Both the position numbers and the translations under genes were made by a program. From positions 352,001 through 416,000 of the forward strand of contig JAXHMY010000002.1 in assembly GCA_034520965.1 (NCBI GenBank): a stretch of DNA of 64,000 bases, in the 5' to 3' direction. The notes under the pieces are model-generated. The model was not told where the DNA came from. It ran no database searches and saw only the letters and a program-made list of their open reading frames with translations. Shown here piece after piece: positions 1 through 10,576 of the stretch. The DNA comes from Spirochaetia bacterium (GTDB lineage: Bacteria > Spirochaetota > Spirochaetia > DSM-16054 > Sediminispirochaetaceae). Each line of letters opens with the position of its first letter. Within the stretch, counting starts at the first letter, position 1.

Positions 1-41
1 TTTATATACTGGCCTCGCCACTGCTGTGGTACGGGGTCGCT

Positions 42-1682
42 GTGCTGCTTAAAAAGCTCCCGCCAAGCTCACACATTATCGCTGTTGAACAAGAGCCCCA
101 ACTTGCCGCACTTAGCATCTCGCACCAGCCTCTTGAACTCAGCCGGAACGAGCAGCTGGACATAGGATTTTATCCGGAGGGAGGGCTTGAGGCTGAGGTT
201 CCCGCTGGTAACAATCCTGAATCCGGCAGCGCTGAAACAGAAGGCCATGCAACTAGCAGCGCTGAAACCAAGGCTCCTGAATCCGGCGCCGCCGGAGACA
301 TTTTTAAGTCGATACCGGCACTGGTTAAAAAACTCGGTATTGAACGCTTCCGCCGGGTGCGTTTGCTAACCCTGAACGGGGGGTATCGCCTGAACAGCCG
401 CCGCTACACAGAGCTGGTACAACTTTTAGAAGAGGAGGTTCAGCAGTTCTGGCATAACAAGTATACCCTCATGCATATGCTGCCTCTCTGGATAAAGAAT
501 ATTTTGCGCAACCTTGCCCTGTGTACCTTCCCGGCAGGAGCCTCGGACACGGTGCCCGAAACAAAACTATCTCACCTGGAAAGCTGTCCTCGGTTTGGTT
601 TGCCGAAGACCTCCCTTCCGGTACTGGTTGCCGGAGCAGGCCCCAGCCTCGACACGCACATCGACTTTATCCGCCGCTATCGTGATACTATATATCTATT
701 AGCCGTGGACACCGCCTACTCTGTGCTTCTGCAGCACGGTATTAAGCCCGACATGGTGGTGGTGCAGGAGTCTCAGTTCTACAATCTGTACGACTTCATT
801 TACCAGCCCCGGATCGAAGCCGACATTCTGGCGGATATCAGCAGCTACCCCCAGGTCATTCGTCTCGGCGCCGGCAACATCTATTTATACGCCACCGAGT
901 TTGTCCATACTCAGCTATTCACCCGTTTGCAAAAGGTCTCACTGCTGCCGCCCCGGATTCCCCCGCTGGGATCGGTTGGTACCACCGCTGTCCATGCCGC
1001 CCTCTCTATCACCGACTCAACGGTAATTCTGGCGGGCATCGATTTCGCCTTTCCCCCGGGCCAGACCCATGCCCGCGGCGCCCCCCGCCATCAGCTGAAC
1101 CTGCAGCACAGCCACCGCTTTCTGGGAATCGAGGATATGTGGCCTCGCACCACCAAGGGTGTCACACGCACTCCAGACGCCTCGGATGCCTTGGGAGTTC
1201 CACTGCGTACCACCCCAAGCCTAAGGCGCTATGCAGATAATTTTACGCGTGTATTTCATTCTTTGGATCGGATGCTCTTGTTAAAGCCCCGGGGCTTACC
1301 CTTAGGTATACCGGAGCTCACGCAAGCTGAACTTGCCCCTTATCTCTCGTCGGTAGAAAAACGGTTAATGCCCCATCCTTCTCCATCCCTGCCCGCCATG
1401 GGCGATAGTGAGGCTGTTGAGGGCTTTCTACAGCGCGAACAGAAGCTGCTGCATTCAATTTACACCCAAGGATTAGCCTTTCTTGAGGGACGGCTGTCGG
1501 AAGCGGAACTTTCGAAGCTGTCCTTGGATATACACCGCTGCGAGTATCTGTTTCTGCATTTCCCTGAAACAGGGCCAAGCCTGCGCAAGCTGGAGCCGGC
1601 CATGATAAAACGGATAATGGTTACTGCCGGCCACTACATTCGGGTGATCGACGAGGCGCTGGAGCTTATTCCTCGCTCTTAA
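42..1682 (+). CDS. Maf/DUF115 (MptE-like) motility-associated factor family protein; probably starts before the window
   Basis: [29 protein letters not shown] and LAGIDFAF motifs typical of DUF115. Confidence 0.75.
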   Translation: MLLKKLPPSSHIIAVEQEPQLAALSISHQPLELSRNEQLDIGFYPEGGLEAEVPAGNNPESGSAETEGHATSSAETKAPESGAAGDIFKSIPALVKKLGIERFRRVRLLTLNGGYRLNSRRYTELVQLLEEEVQQFWHNKYTLMHMLPLWIKNILRNLALCTFPAGASDTVPETKLSHLESCPRFGLPKTSLPVLVAGAGPSLDTHIDFIRRYRDTIYLLAVDTAYSVLLQHGIKPDMVVVQESQFYNLYDFIYQPRIEADILADISSYPQVIRLGAGNIYLYATEFVHTQLFTRLQKVSLLPPRIPPLGSVGTTAVHAALSITDSTVILAGIDFAFPPGQTHARGAPRHQLNLQHSHRFLGIEDMWPRTTKGVTRTPDASDALGVPLRTTPSLRRYADNFTRVFHSLDRMLLLKPRGLPLGIPELTQAELAPYLSSVEKRLMPHPSPSLPAMGDSEAVEGFLQREQKLLHSIYTQGLAFLEGRLSEAELSKLSLDIHRCEYLFLHFPETGPSLRKLEPAMIKRIMVTAGHYIRVIDEALELIPRS

Positions 1683-3481
1683 GCACCGAGACAAAGGCCG
1701 ACTGGGGCAGCTCTACATTTCCAACCATCTTCATCCGCTTTTTACCCTCTTTCTGCTTTTCCAATAGCTTGCGCTTACGGCTGATATCTCCGCCGTAGCA
1801 CTTGGAGGTTACATCTTTGCGGAGGGCATTGATAGTCTCCCGGGCTATAACGGTATTCCCAATAGTTCCCTGCAGAGGAATTTTGAACTGCTGCCGGGGT
1901 ATCTCGTCCTTCAGTTTTCGGCAAATAGTACGGGCCCGGGAAACAGCATTATCCTTATGCACCAGCTGGCTCAAGGCATCCACCGGTTCGCCGTTTACCA
2001 GAATATCGAGTTTCACCAGCTCGGTTCGCTTATAAGGTCCGATTTCGTAATCGAAGGAGGCAAAGCCCCGGCTCACCGATTTAAGCTTGTCGTAAAAGTC
2101 GAAGAGTACCTCCGCCAGAGGCATCTCGTAGGTTACCTCAACCCGCTTTTCATCCAGATAGTTCATAGCCTTCTGAATGCCCCGTTTCTCCAGACAAATC
2201 TGAATTATGTTGCCCAGATATTCGGCGGGAGTGATAATGGCTGCGTCAATGTAGGGCTCTTCGGCATACTCAACCTTGGTGCTGTCCGGATACTCAAGGG
2301 GATTGTCCACGTCGATTACCTCGCCGCTGTTTCAGGTGAACCTTGTAGCGGACCGAAGGAGCGGTGAGAATAATTGAAAGGTCAAACTCCCGTTCAATCC
2401 GCTCCTGCACTACTTCCAGGTGCAGCAGCCCTAAAAAGCCGCAGCGAAAGCCGAAACCCAGGGCCGCGGAGGAATCCTTCTCGTAAATAAGGGAGGCGTC
2501 GTTCAGTTTCAGCTTATCGATGGCCGTTCGCAGCTCTTCGTAGTCGTTGGTGTCAATCGGATAAATGGAGGAGAAAACCACCGGTTTGACCTCTTTGAAG
2601 CCCTTCTGCGGTTCCGCACAGGGGTGCTTGTCGTTGGTCACGGTGTCACCAATACGAACATCTTCAATGTTTTTTATGCCGGCAATCAGATAGCCCACCT
2701 GTCCGGCATTAAGATTTTCACCCTTCTCCAGTCCCAGCCTGAAAATTCCGGTCTCTTCAATGGTATAGGTGGTGTTGTTCCACCACAGGCGAATCACGTC
2801 GCCGGCCTTCATAGTCCCTTCAAACACACGGACGTGAATAATTACCCCGCGGTAGGCATCATACTTGGAGTCGAATATCAGGGCTTTTAGGGGCTGGTCG
2901 TCGGTTCCGGAGGGGGCCGGTATATGATGAACAAGAGCCTCCAGCAGGTCATTGACCCCCTCCCCTGATTTTGCCGATACCAGCACCGCATCATCCGGGT
3001 CCAGCCCCAGGTCGTGCTCGATTTCTCGTTTTACCATCTCAATATCGGCACTGGGCAGGTCGATTTTATTAATCACCGGTATTATTTCCAGGTCTAGTTC
3101 AACGGCCATATACATATTGGCAAAGGTCTGCGCCTCAACCCCCTGGCTGGCGTCAATCAACAGCAGCGCCCCCTCGCAGGAGGAGATAGCCCGGGAAACT
3201 TCGTAGGCAAAATCAACATGTCCCGGAGTATCAACCAGGTTCAGTTCGTAGATATTCCCGTCATCCGCCTCATAGGGCATGGTAATTGCCTGGGATTTGA
3301 TGGTAATACCCCGCTCACGTTCAATATCCATATTATCGAGATATTGCTCCTTAAAATTACGGGCCTCAACTATCTTAGCCTTTTCGATAAACCTATCGGC
3401 TAGGGTAGATTTCCCATGGTCTATATGGGCTATTATGCAGAAGTTGCGGATAAATTCTTTAGGTGTATGTAGAGTAGACAT
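1666..3481 (-). CDS. lepA: Elongation factor 4 (LepA). The native start ATGA (5342-5339) is separated from the rest by a group II intron; an intron-supplied ATG lies at 3481. One frameshift near 2332
   Basis: [39 protein letters not shown] and C-terminal [23 protein letters not shown]. Confidence 0.97.
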
Positions 3482-5338
3482 ACTATCGCCTTCCTTCATT
3501 AAGGGGGTTACGATAGCATGCCCCTCCCAGAACCGTACGTGCGCAACTAACGCATACGGCTCCTAGCACTAAACATTCGACCATTGCCAGATGTCTTTGC
3601 AAATTCTGCGGTCTTGGTATTAATTTCCATATCTTTTCAAACGTCTCCCAATTTATCTTGTGCTTCTGACCTCTCCGCCTTAGAGCCTTATACAGCGTGT
3701 ATCTGATGTATTTATAGAACTTGTACAGCCCTATTCAGATTTCCGTTGACCCCATAGTAATTGTAGTGCCCAACCAGTTTCCGGCTTAGTGCTCTCACAA
3801 TCTCCATGACAGGTCGATGCATATTCCATCTAATCCACTGCTTTGCGCTCTCGCGTTTAGCCTTCAGCTTCTTCTTGCTAGTGAGGTGCAGAACTGTGTA
3901 CTTACCAGTCCTTGTACTGGCATTTCACGTGGGTGAATCCAGAGATCAAATGTCTCCTTGGTTCCTTTGTACCTTCCAAATGGAATAATCCTTGTCTTCT
4001 CTTCGGCCACCGTTAGCTTGAACTTTGCAAGCCTTTTAAGCATCACCTCGTAGAATCTTTTCGCATCATCCTCGTACTGGAACAATACCACATAGTCATC
4101 CGCATAACGGTATAAGTATGCCTCACCCCTCAAACACCTTTTCACTACCTTCTCAAACCACAAGTCGAGTACGTAATGAAGATAGACGTTAGCCAGCACC
4201 GGCGAAATAAGCCCTCCTTGCGGAGTCCCCTTGTCGCTGTCGCTGACGTTCCCATTCTCCATGATCCCCGCCTTGAGAAATCTTACTACATAACGGATGA
4301 AATTCTTGTCCTGTATATCGTTCTCAAGAAACTTCACCAGCCATTCGTGGTCGACATTGTCAAAGAACCCTTTGATGTCGGCATCAAGAATATAATTTAC
4401 CTTCTTAGTCATGATCGTTTGGTTTATCTCCCGTATTACATCATGACAATTCCGATTCGGCCTGAACCCGTAGGAACAGTCCAGAAACCTCGGCTCGTAT
4501 ATCTCAGTCAGCACCTTCGCCATTATTCCCTGTACGAGTTTGTCCTCATACGCCGGGATTCCCAGCGGTCGTACCGTGCCATCCGTCTTGGGTATGTATG
4601 TTCTTCTCACCGCCTGCGGTCTGTAGCTGAAGGATTTCATCCGTCCAAGCAATGCATCCACATGCTCTTCCAGTCCGGACTCATAGCTCTCCTTCGTCGC
4701 TCCGTCTATGCCTGCGGCTTTTCCTCTGACCTGCGCCCGATGCTCTGCCTTCAGATTCTCCCTGTTGACGTAGTGCATGAGCGTCTGCATCTTTGCGTGA
4801 CTCTCCGACAACCTCCTCAACTCCCCATAGCTATTTTCCACTCTTTCAGAACCTCCAGTGTTCCTGGTGTTGGCCACAAGAAATACGTTTAATGCCCAGA
4901 CCCCTTCGCTCCACCGACTTTCACCGGTTTCATCGCTACTATGAGTCTGTCCGATTGCTGATGCCCCATACAGGTTTCTTGACTCCTCGCCTTTACGTCC
5001 CCTCTTAGTCCAACGGACAGGACATCAGCCCTCCCAGGTACGCTTGATCTACCTTGTGTGCTCGCCATGCTCTCAGACCCCGTTGGGTTCTCTGCACTCT
5101 CGCCTTTTTCCGAGCGCTTCTTGCTGGTTGCTGTCATATGAAAAACATCACCACCCAATCTTTATACTAACGAGGCTCAATCACGTTCAACCTTTCGGCT
5201 TATGGCTCTCACACTCCTTTGCCTACGCTTAAACCTCACCTCACGGCTTCGGCTCCAAGGCTAAGTACCGGCTGTTGGCTAGACTTTACCGGACAGGGTG
5301 TCTCACCCTGCTATATATCAAACGCCGAACTGGCGCAC
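3469..5338 (-). mobile_element. Group II intron (1870 nt; endonuclease-minus IEP, resembles bacterial class E/F)
   Basis: 5' GTGCG at 5338; domain V GAGCCGTATGCGTTAGTTGCGCACGTACGGTTC; domain VI hairpin with bulged A and 3' end CTACTCTAC at 3469; removing it restores ATG AAT ACA CCT AAA GAA ([10 protein letters not shown]). Confidence 0.95.
3569..4877 (-). CDS. ltrA: Group II intron reverse transcriptase/maturase; frameshifts in the X domain (about 3945, 3730, 3600); no HNH domain
   Basis: KAAGIDG, RPLGIP, SYGFRP, DADIKGFFD, GTPQGGLISPVLANVYL and YADD; the shifted frame continues with KLVGHYNYYG. Confidence 0.93.
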
Positions 5339-5349
5339 TCATTGGGTTT

Positions 5350-5378
5350 ACTATAGCTTAATATTCGATCTTCATCAA
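5350..5378 (-). promoter_or_regulatory. sigma70-type promoter of lepA, probably leaderless
   Basis: TTGATG-17 nt-TATAGT, then 7 nt to the ATG at 5342; no Shine-Dalgarno sequence. Confidence 0.6.
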
Positions 5379-5395
5379 CAAAGCCGGCCCATTAA

Positions 5396-5533
5396 CAGCG
5401 ATTCTCAATTTGGAAGTCTTCTGACTTCCAAATTGAATTCACATGCAAATGCTTGAAATTTTTATATATCTTAACTTTGGAGGCATTCTCAATTTGGATA
5501 GCGTAATTACACTATCCAAATTGAGAATTGCTG
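5396..5533. mobile_element. MITE-like element, copy 1 (138 bp)
   Basis: TIR CAGC(G/A)ATTCTCAATTTGGA (18/19 match); 9-bp TSD GCCCATTAA at 5387-5395 and 5534-5542; two internal hairpins. Confidence 0.85.
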
Positions 5534-5552
5534 GCCCATTAAAGAAAGAGTG

Positions 5553-7484
5553 TCAGTCTGTATAGGTGTCATCAAGCACCTCGCGTACCACTTTGACAAA
5601 AACTTCGGGTGAGAAAGGTTTGGATATAAAGGGAAATTCAAAATCCGACCCCAAATCAGACTCGCTGCCCTCTGTCTGCGCGGAGTTGTGCTTATGAGGG
5701 TATCCCGACATGTAGATAACCTTGGTGCTGGGGCGTAGTTCGAGAAAATGTTTCGAAAGCTCTTCTCCGCCCATTCGCGGCATAACCAAATCAGTAACCA
5801 GCACATCAAACTTATGCTCCTCGCTCCTGGCCAACTCTAAAGCTGTTTCAGGGCCGTCCGCTAAATACACGGTATATCCGTACAACTTCAAAATACGCTC
5901 AACGAGGTTTCGAAGACTCTTTTCGTCTTCCACCACTAGTACCGTTTCCGTTCCGGAGTAAGAGGGTTCCATACCTCTCTTACGCGTAGGGGCTTTCTCG
6001 GTACTGCGATACAAGGGCAAAAGGATCCAAAAGGTCGAGCCCTCATTGGGCTCCGTTTCAACCTGCAGATACCCATTGCTCTGCTTTACGATTCCGTACA
6101 CGGTTGAGAGACCGAGTCCGGTGCCCTTCTCTTCCGACTTAGTAGTAAAAAAAGGTTCAAATATCATCTTAAGCATATGAGACTCAATTCCCACCCCAGT
6201 ATCTCGTACCGCGGCGCATACATAATTTCCCGGAGGTACTTTTCCCATCGGTGAGGGTTCCGGACTATCAACTTGATAATTCGTAGTTCGGATTGTGATG
6301 CGCCCCCCCTGGGCCATAGCATCCCGGGCATTTACAATCAAATTCATCAGCACCTGCTCAATTTGTCCGGGATCTACCCATACTGTATCCGGATCAGCGC
6401 TTAAGTTAAGGTACATTCCAAATTCTTCGGTAACCAAACGGCGCATCATTTTTTCAAGATTATGAATCAGTTCGTTCATATGAACTTGTTTTGGTTTTAG
6501 AATCTGCCTGCGACTGAAGGCCAGCAGCTGCCGAGTAAGGGTCGAAGCCCGTTTGGCAGCCTCTTGGATGCCCGACACCTCATTTTCAATAGCCGTATCC
6601 TGCTTCACAAGCTTTTCTTGAACAATAGTACTGTAGCCAAGAATGACCGTGAGGATATTGTTAAAGTCGTGGGCTACCCCGCCCGCAAGCCGGCCAACTG
6701 CCTCCAGTTTTTGCGCCTGCCGCAGCTGCTGTTCGAGGTTTTTACGGGTGCTAATATCTATAAGGTAGCCGTTTATCTCTGTAATAGCGTCGCTTTCATC
6801 GGTATCTGCAACAACATTAGCCAGCAAATTCAATTTACTGCCGTCGGCGCGCAGCAAATCCAGCTCATGCAGAACTAAACGCTTATGCTGCTTAAGCTGC
6901 TTCCAGAAATCAGCTGCCTGACTTTCATCGGGAAAGCGGGAATTTAAGTAAGTACCCTCGACTTCAGCCGCATTTTTAAACCCGAAATAATCTACAAAGG
7001 AGTGATTACAGGCTAAAAAAACGCCCTGAGCATCGGCTACAAAATCTGCGGATACATCTTCCTCAAACAGCCGGCGGTAACGCTCCTCGCTTTCCTGTAG
7101 TTGAGTTTCAAGTTTGTGACGAAACAGGGCCATTTCGATATTAGTACGCAGTTCCCTCTCTTCGAAGGGTTTTATAATATAACCGAAGGGTTCAATGAAC
7201 TTAGCCCGTTCGATCGTTTTTTCGTCGGCATAAGCGGTAAGTATGATAACCGGCACACGGAATTGTTCACGAATTATCTGAGCAGCTTCGATACCATCCA
7301 TCTTACCCTGAAGACGGATGTCCATCAGTACTAAATCGGGTGCTTCAGTTTTGAATTGAGAAATAGCTTCTTCACCCGACGCATGGGAGCCTACTACTTT
7401 GTATCCGAAGGACTCTAAATGCCGACGAATATCAAGAGCTACAACCCCTTCGTCTTCTACAATTTGTACTTTAAGCTGGGCCAT
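5553..7484 (-). CDS. Hybrid sensor kinase (REC-PAS-HisKA-HATPase-REC)
   Basis: N-terminal VEDE/LMDI REC; GGVAHDFNNIL H-box; NLIVNARDA, DTGVG, FEPFFTTK, GTGLGL; C-terminal REC. Confidence 0.92.
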   Translation of the reverse strand: MAQLKVQIVEDEGVVALDIRRHLESFGYKVVGSHASGEEAISQFKTEAPDLVLMDIRLQGKMDGIEAAQIIREQFRVPVIILTAYADEKTIERAKFIEPFGYIIKPFEERELRTNIEMALFRHKLETQLQESEERYRRLFEEDVSADFVADAQGVFLACNHSFVDYFGFKNAAEVEGTYLNSRFPDESQAADFWKQLKQHKRLVLHELDLLRADGSKLNLLANVVADTDESDAITEINGYLIDISTRKNLEQQLRQAQKLEAVGRLAGGVAHDFNNILTVILGYSTIVQEKLVKQDTAIENEVSGIQEAAKRASTLTRQLLAFSRRQILKPKQVHMNELIHNLEKMMRRLVTEEFGMYLNLSADPDTVWVDPGQIEQVLMNLIVNARDAMAQGGRITIRTTNYQVDSPEPSPMGKVPPGNYVCAAVRDTGVGIESHMLKMIFEPFFTTKSEEKGTGLGLSTVYGIVKQSNGYLQVETEPNEGSTFWILLPLYRSTEKAPTRKRGMEPSYSGTETVLVVEDEKSLRNLVERILKLYGYTVYLADGPETALELARSEEHKFDVLVTDLVMPRMGGEELSKHFLELRPSTKVIYMSGYPHKHNSAQTEGSESDLGSDFEFPFISKPFSPEVFVKVVREVLDDTYTD

Positions 7485-7889
7485 TTAGCCGTCCACCGCA
7501 ATGCCGATTTTTTTTAATTCCTGCATCATCTTTACGTTCTCTATGGGTTTTACCAGATACGTGTCGGCATGTCCCTCATGAAGGGCTTTCAATACGTAGT
7601 TGGGGTCGCTCAAGGCTGTAGTCATAACCACCTTCGCTGCCTCACTTTGTTTCACACTCCGCTCGTTTTCAATCATTCGCATTTTTTTCAAAGCATCCTG
7701 ACCATTCAGTTTCGGCAGCATTATATCCAAAAAGATCAAGTGGAAAGGCTCCCCAGAGTCTAATGCCGATTTAAACATCTCTACCGCAGTTTCTCCATCC
7801 TCAGCAATATGTATTTCACCTAACGGTTCGAGAAACTGCTGCAACAAAAACCGTCCTGCAACATCATCTTCAACTATCAGGATCCTCAT
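7485..7889 (-). CDS. Single-domain response regulator (CheY-like)
   Basis: ILIVEDD, FLDIMLP, MTTA, YLVKP. Confidence 0.9.
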   Translation of the reverse strand: MRILIVEDDVAGRFLLQQFLEPLGEIHIAEDGETAVEMFKSALDSGEPFHLIFLDIMLPKLNGQDALKKMRMIENERSVKQSEAAKVVMTTALSDPNYVLKALHEGHADTYLVKPIENVKMMQELKKIGIAVDG

Positions 7890-7964
7890 TAAATCACCTC
7901 TACACCTATTGTATACTGCTATTCAAGCTTTTTCAAACAGTGGAAGAATAAGCTCTTAGAAAAA

Positions 7965-9829
7965 CTAAGGTGCTCCTGCATTGGCTTCCCTTAACTCCTG
8001 TAGAATTTTCTGTACCTTCGCGCCATTTTTGCTTCGACAAGCCATCATAAGCTTGAACAGACGTCCGGAGGTATCCTGATCCTGGATCTGTTGAGCAATT
8101 TTTCGAATCCGCTGTGCCTCCTCCTCAAGCTGGTCATACTCGGTGCTCTGTAAATTCTCTGCATCCACTGTATATAAACCCGAGAGCAGATCCTGCAGCT
8201 CGCCAAGCATATATGCTTGCTTGTGCTCTTTCTGCTGCTCCTCTTGCGGATTCTTCTGTGGTGCCTCCTGTGGCACAATGAGTTGTCTCAAATAGAGAGT
8301 GTGTGCGGCGTCCGGCCACAGCTCGTCTGCAGCGCCCATCAATAGATGATTCAGCTGCTTCAGCAATTTACGTCTGAGGATAGGACTATACAAGTAAGTG
8401 GCGGCAGGGTCTTCCTGCACATTTTTCCGGCTGCTGCGGACAAGATATAACAGTCTCGTTGGAGAAACGCCCATCTCTCTGAGGCTTTTTCCGATTCTAT
8501 GGCATACGGTGAGGGTATCCTCAATCACAAATAGACTCCCGGAGGCTAGCTTGTATTCACCTGATCTGTCAGGGATAGTAAGGGGTACCCCCCAAGTCTG
8601 AAATTGGCGCCGTCGTATTTCGGTGGTGAAAGAATTTGAACTTAAATAAAACACCGGGGGAGCGCTGCGGAAATCCGGAGAATCTAAAACCTCTCTGTCA
8701 TCAAGGTCTCCAGGTTCAAGCTGCAGCCTAAAGGTAAACTCGCTCCCTTCACCTACGGTCGAGGAAAAGTCGATGGTACCGCCCATAAGGTGAATCGTAT
8801 CATTCACAATCGCCAAACCCAATCCGGCTCCATCATGGGCACGGGTAGAGGTACTGTCCACCTGATGAAATGATTTAAACACATTCTGCCGTTCCGATTC
8901 GGGAATTCCGCATCCGGTATCACGAATCCGACCGGCTAGAACTATTTTATCTTTGTGTACCTCATCAGGTTCGGTTTTTACCTTCAAATGCACCCAGCCA
9001 GTGTTCGGTCAAATTTAACAGCGTTACTCAGCAGGTTTACCAGTACTTGCTCTACTTTGTCCGAATCACCGTGAAGATGAAAACGGCTAGTTTCATCTAT
9101 CTCAATATATACACCCAAGTTCTTCTTCTGTATCTGAGTCCAGAGTTTGTTTATCGAATTCTCGAATAGCTCGTCCAGATAAAAATCATGTGTATTGATA
9201 ACAACCTTACCCGCTTCTACTCTAGAAAACTCTAGGAGTGAATCGATCATGGTCAAAAGGTTCCTCCCAGAGCTCTCTATAATCTGCAAATACTCCTTCT
9301 GCTCCTCGGGCTCATTGGTTTTTTGTGCCAACTGGGTCATCCCAAGGATACTGTTCAGGGGGGTTCGAAGTTCATGACTCACATTCGCTAAAAAGCCACT
9401 TTTCGCCCGGCTTCCCGCTTCGGCTTTTTCTTTTGCCGCTATCAACTCTTGCTCAATTTTGTATTTATACAAGGCCATTTCAATGGTGGAGTAAATCTCC
9501 CGTTCCTGAAAAGGTTTAAGAATATATCCGAAGGGTTCGGTTACCTTCGCCCGGGCTAGGGTGGTTTCATCGGAATAGGCGGTAATATAAATTACGGGAG
9601 TCCCTAGGGTACTTTTGATGCGTTCAGCAGCCTGGATACCATCCATATTCCCCTTAAGGTGAATATCCATCAGGATCAGATCCGGTTTCTCTTGTTCTGC
9701 CTTCGTTACGGCATCTTCTCCCGACAGAACATGCTCTATTACCGAATACCCAAGCGCATTGAGCCGTCGCTCCATATCCATAGCCACAATGCTTTCATCT
9801 TCTACGAGTAAAATTCGTACGGATGCCAT
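7965..9829 (-). CDS. Hybrid histidine kinase (REC-HisKA-HATPase), split by a frameshift near 9000
   Basis: REC; FLANVSHELRTPLN; NLLSNAVKF, then DTGCGI and GAGLGL in the next ORF. Confidence 0.88.
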
Positions 9830-9920
9830 AAAACTACCCCATAATTGTTAACGGCTATTTCCTTAACAGTTTCGTATGCCGCGTTGCGGCAACCGAAACA
9901 AGGAAAATAGCCGTATTCGG

Positions 9921-10565
9921 CTATTTTCTTAATAGATTCCACTCAACCGCCCGCTGTATTAATTCAGTAGAAGAATGCAGATCTAATTTTGTTTTTAAGT
10001 GAGACTTGTAGGTTTCGATTGTTTTTACACTTAAAGTTAAGCGTTTGGCAATTTCCCGCGTCTCCAGCCCATCACCAATCATACGGAATACTTCAAACTC
10101 CCGGTCGCTCAGAACATCAATTAGGGAAGTTTCTTTTTGTAAATTGCCTGCAAATAGTGATAACATTCGCTCTTGCATATCATCACTCAGGTACATAGAG
10201 CCCTTTAGTACGGTCCTAATTGCGGTCATTACATTTTCGGTAGCTTCACTTTTCATTATGTAGCCTTTCGCTCCGGCTCGAAGTGCGCGTTCGGCATATA
10301 CTCGCTCGTCATGCAGCGATATCACCATAGTTTTTACTCTTGGATACTGCACATTTATAATTTTAATTAATTCAAGGCCATCGCTCTCTTTTAAAGTAAG
10401 GTCCACTAAAGCTAGGTCCGGCTGCGTCTCGGAAATAACTGTCTGAGCAGACAGATGATCTTCAGCCTCCCCTACTACGGTAAGGTCCGACTCCCGATTG
10501 ATAAGCTGGGCAAAACCTTTACGCACAATCGGATGATCATCAATAATTACGATGCGTTTCTCCAT
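9921..10565 (-). CDS. NarL/LuxR-family response regulator
   Basis: IIDDHPIVR REC plus LSDREFEV...IAKRLTLSVKTIETY HTH. Confidence 0.93.
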   Translation of the reverse strand: MEKRIVIIDDHPIVRKGFAQLINRESDLTVVGEAEDHLSAQTVISETQPDLALVDLTLKESDGLELIKIINVQYPRVKTMVISLHDERVYAERALRAGAKGYIMKSEATENVMTAIRTVLKGSMYLSDDMQERMLSLFAGNLQKETSLIDVLSDREFEVFRMIGDGLETREIAKRLTLSVKTIETYKSHLKTKLDLHSSTELIQRAVEWNLLRK

Positions 10566-10576
10566 CAGTGTTCCTT

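Noticed and set aside
214..290. Short direct repeats (CCTGAATCCGGC, GCAGCGCTGAAAC) in the DUF115 gene
   Set aside because: This is an in-frame low-complexity linker duplication with no evidence of a mobile or regulatory role.
2294..2340. Programmed frameshift or pseudogene in lepA (and in ftsH, obgE, argS)
   Set aside because: No slippery-site or stimulator pattern was seen, and such indels are window-wide, so sequencing error explains them better.
3569..4877. RT as retron, DGR or defence RT
   Set aside because: Canonical group II 5' end, DV and DVI are present, and exon ligation is precise.
4889..5158. 89-aa ORF upstream of the RT
   Set aside because: It lies within ribozyme domains I-III and has no protein motif.
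5151..5160. ATTGGGT in the intron complementary to exon ACCCAAT, as an alternative EBS
   Set aside because: It more plausibly pairs internally with AACCCAAC in domain I, and it would not reach the splice site.
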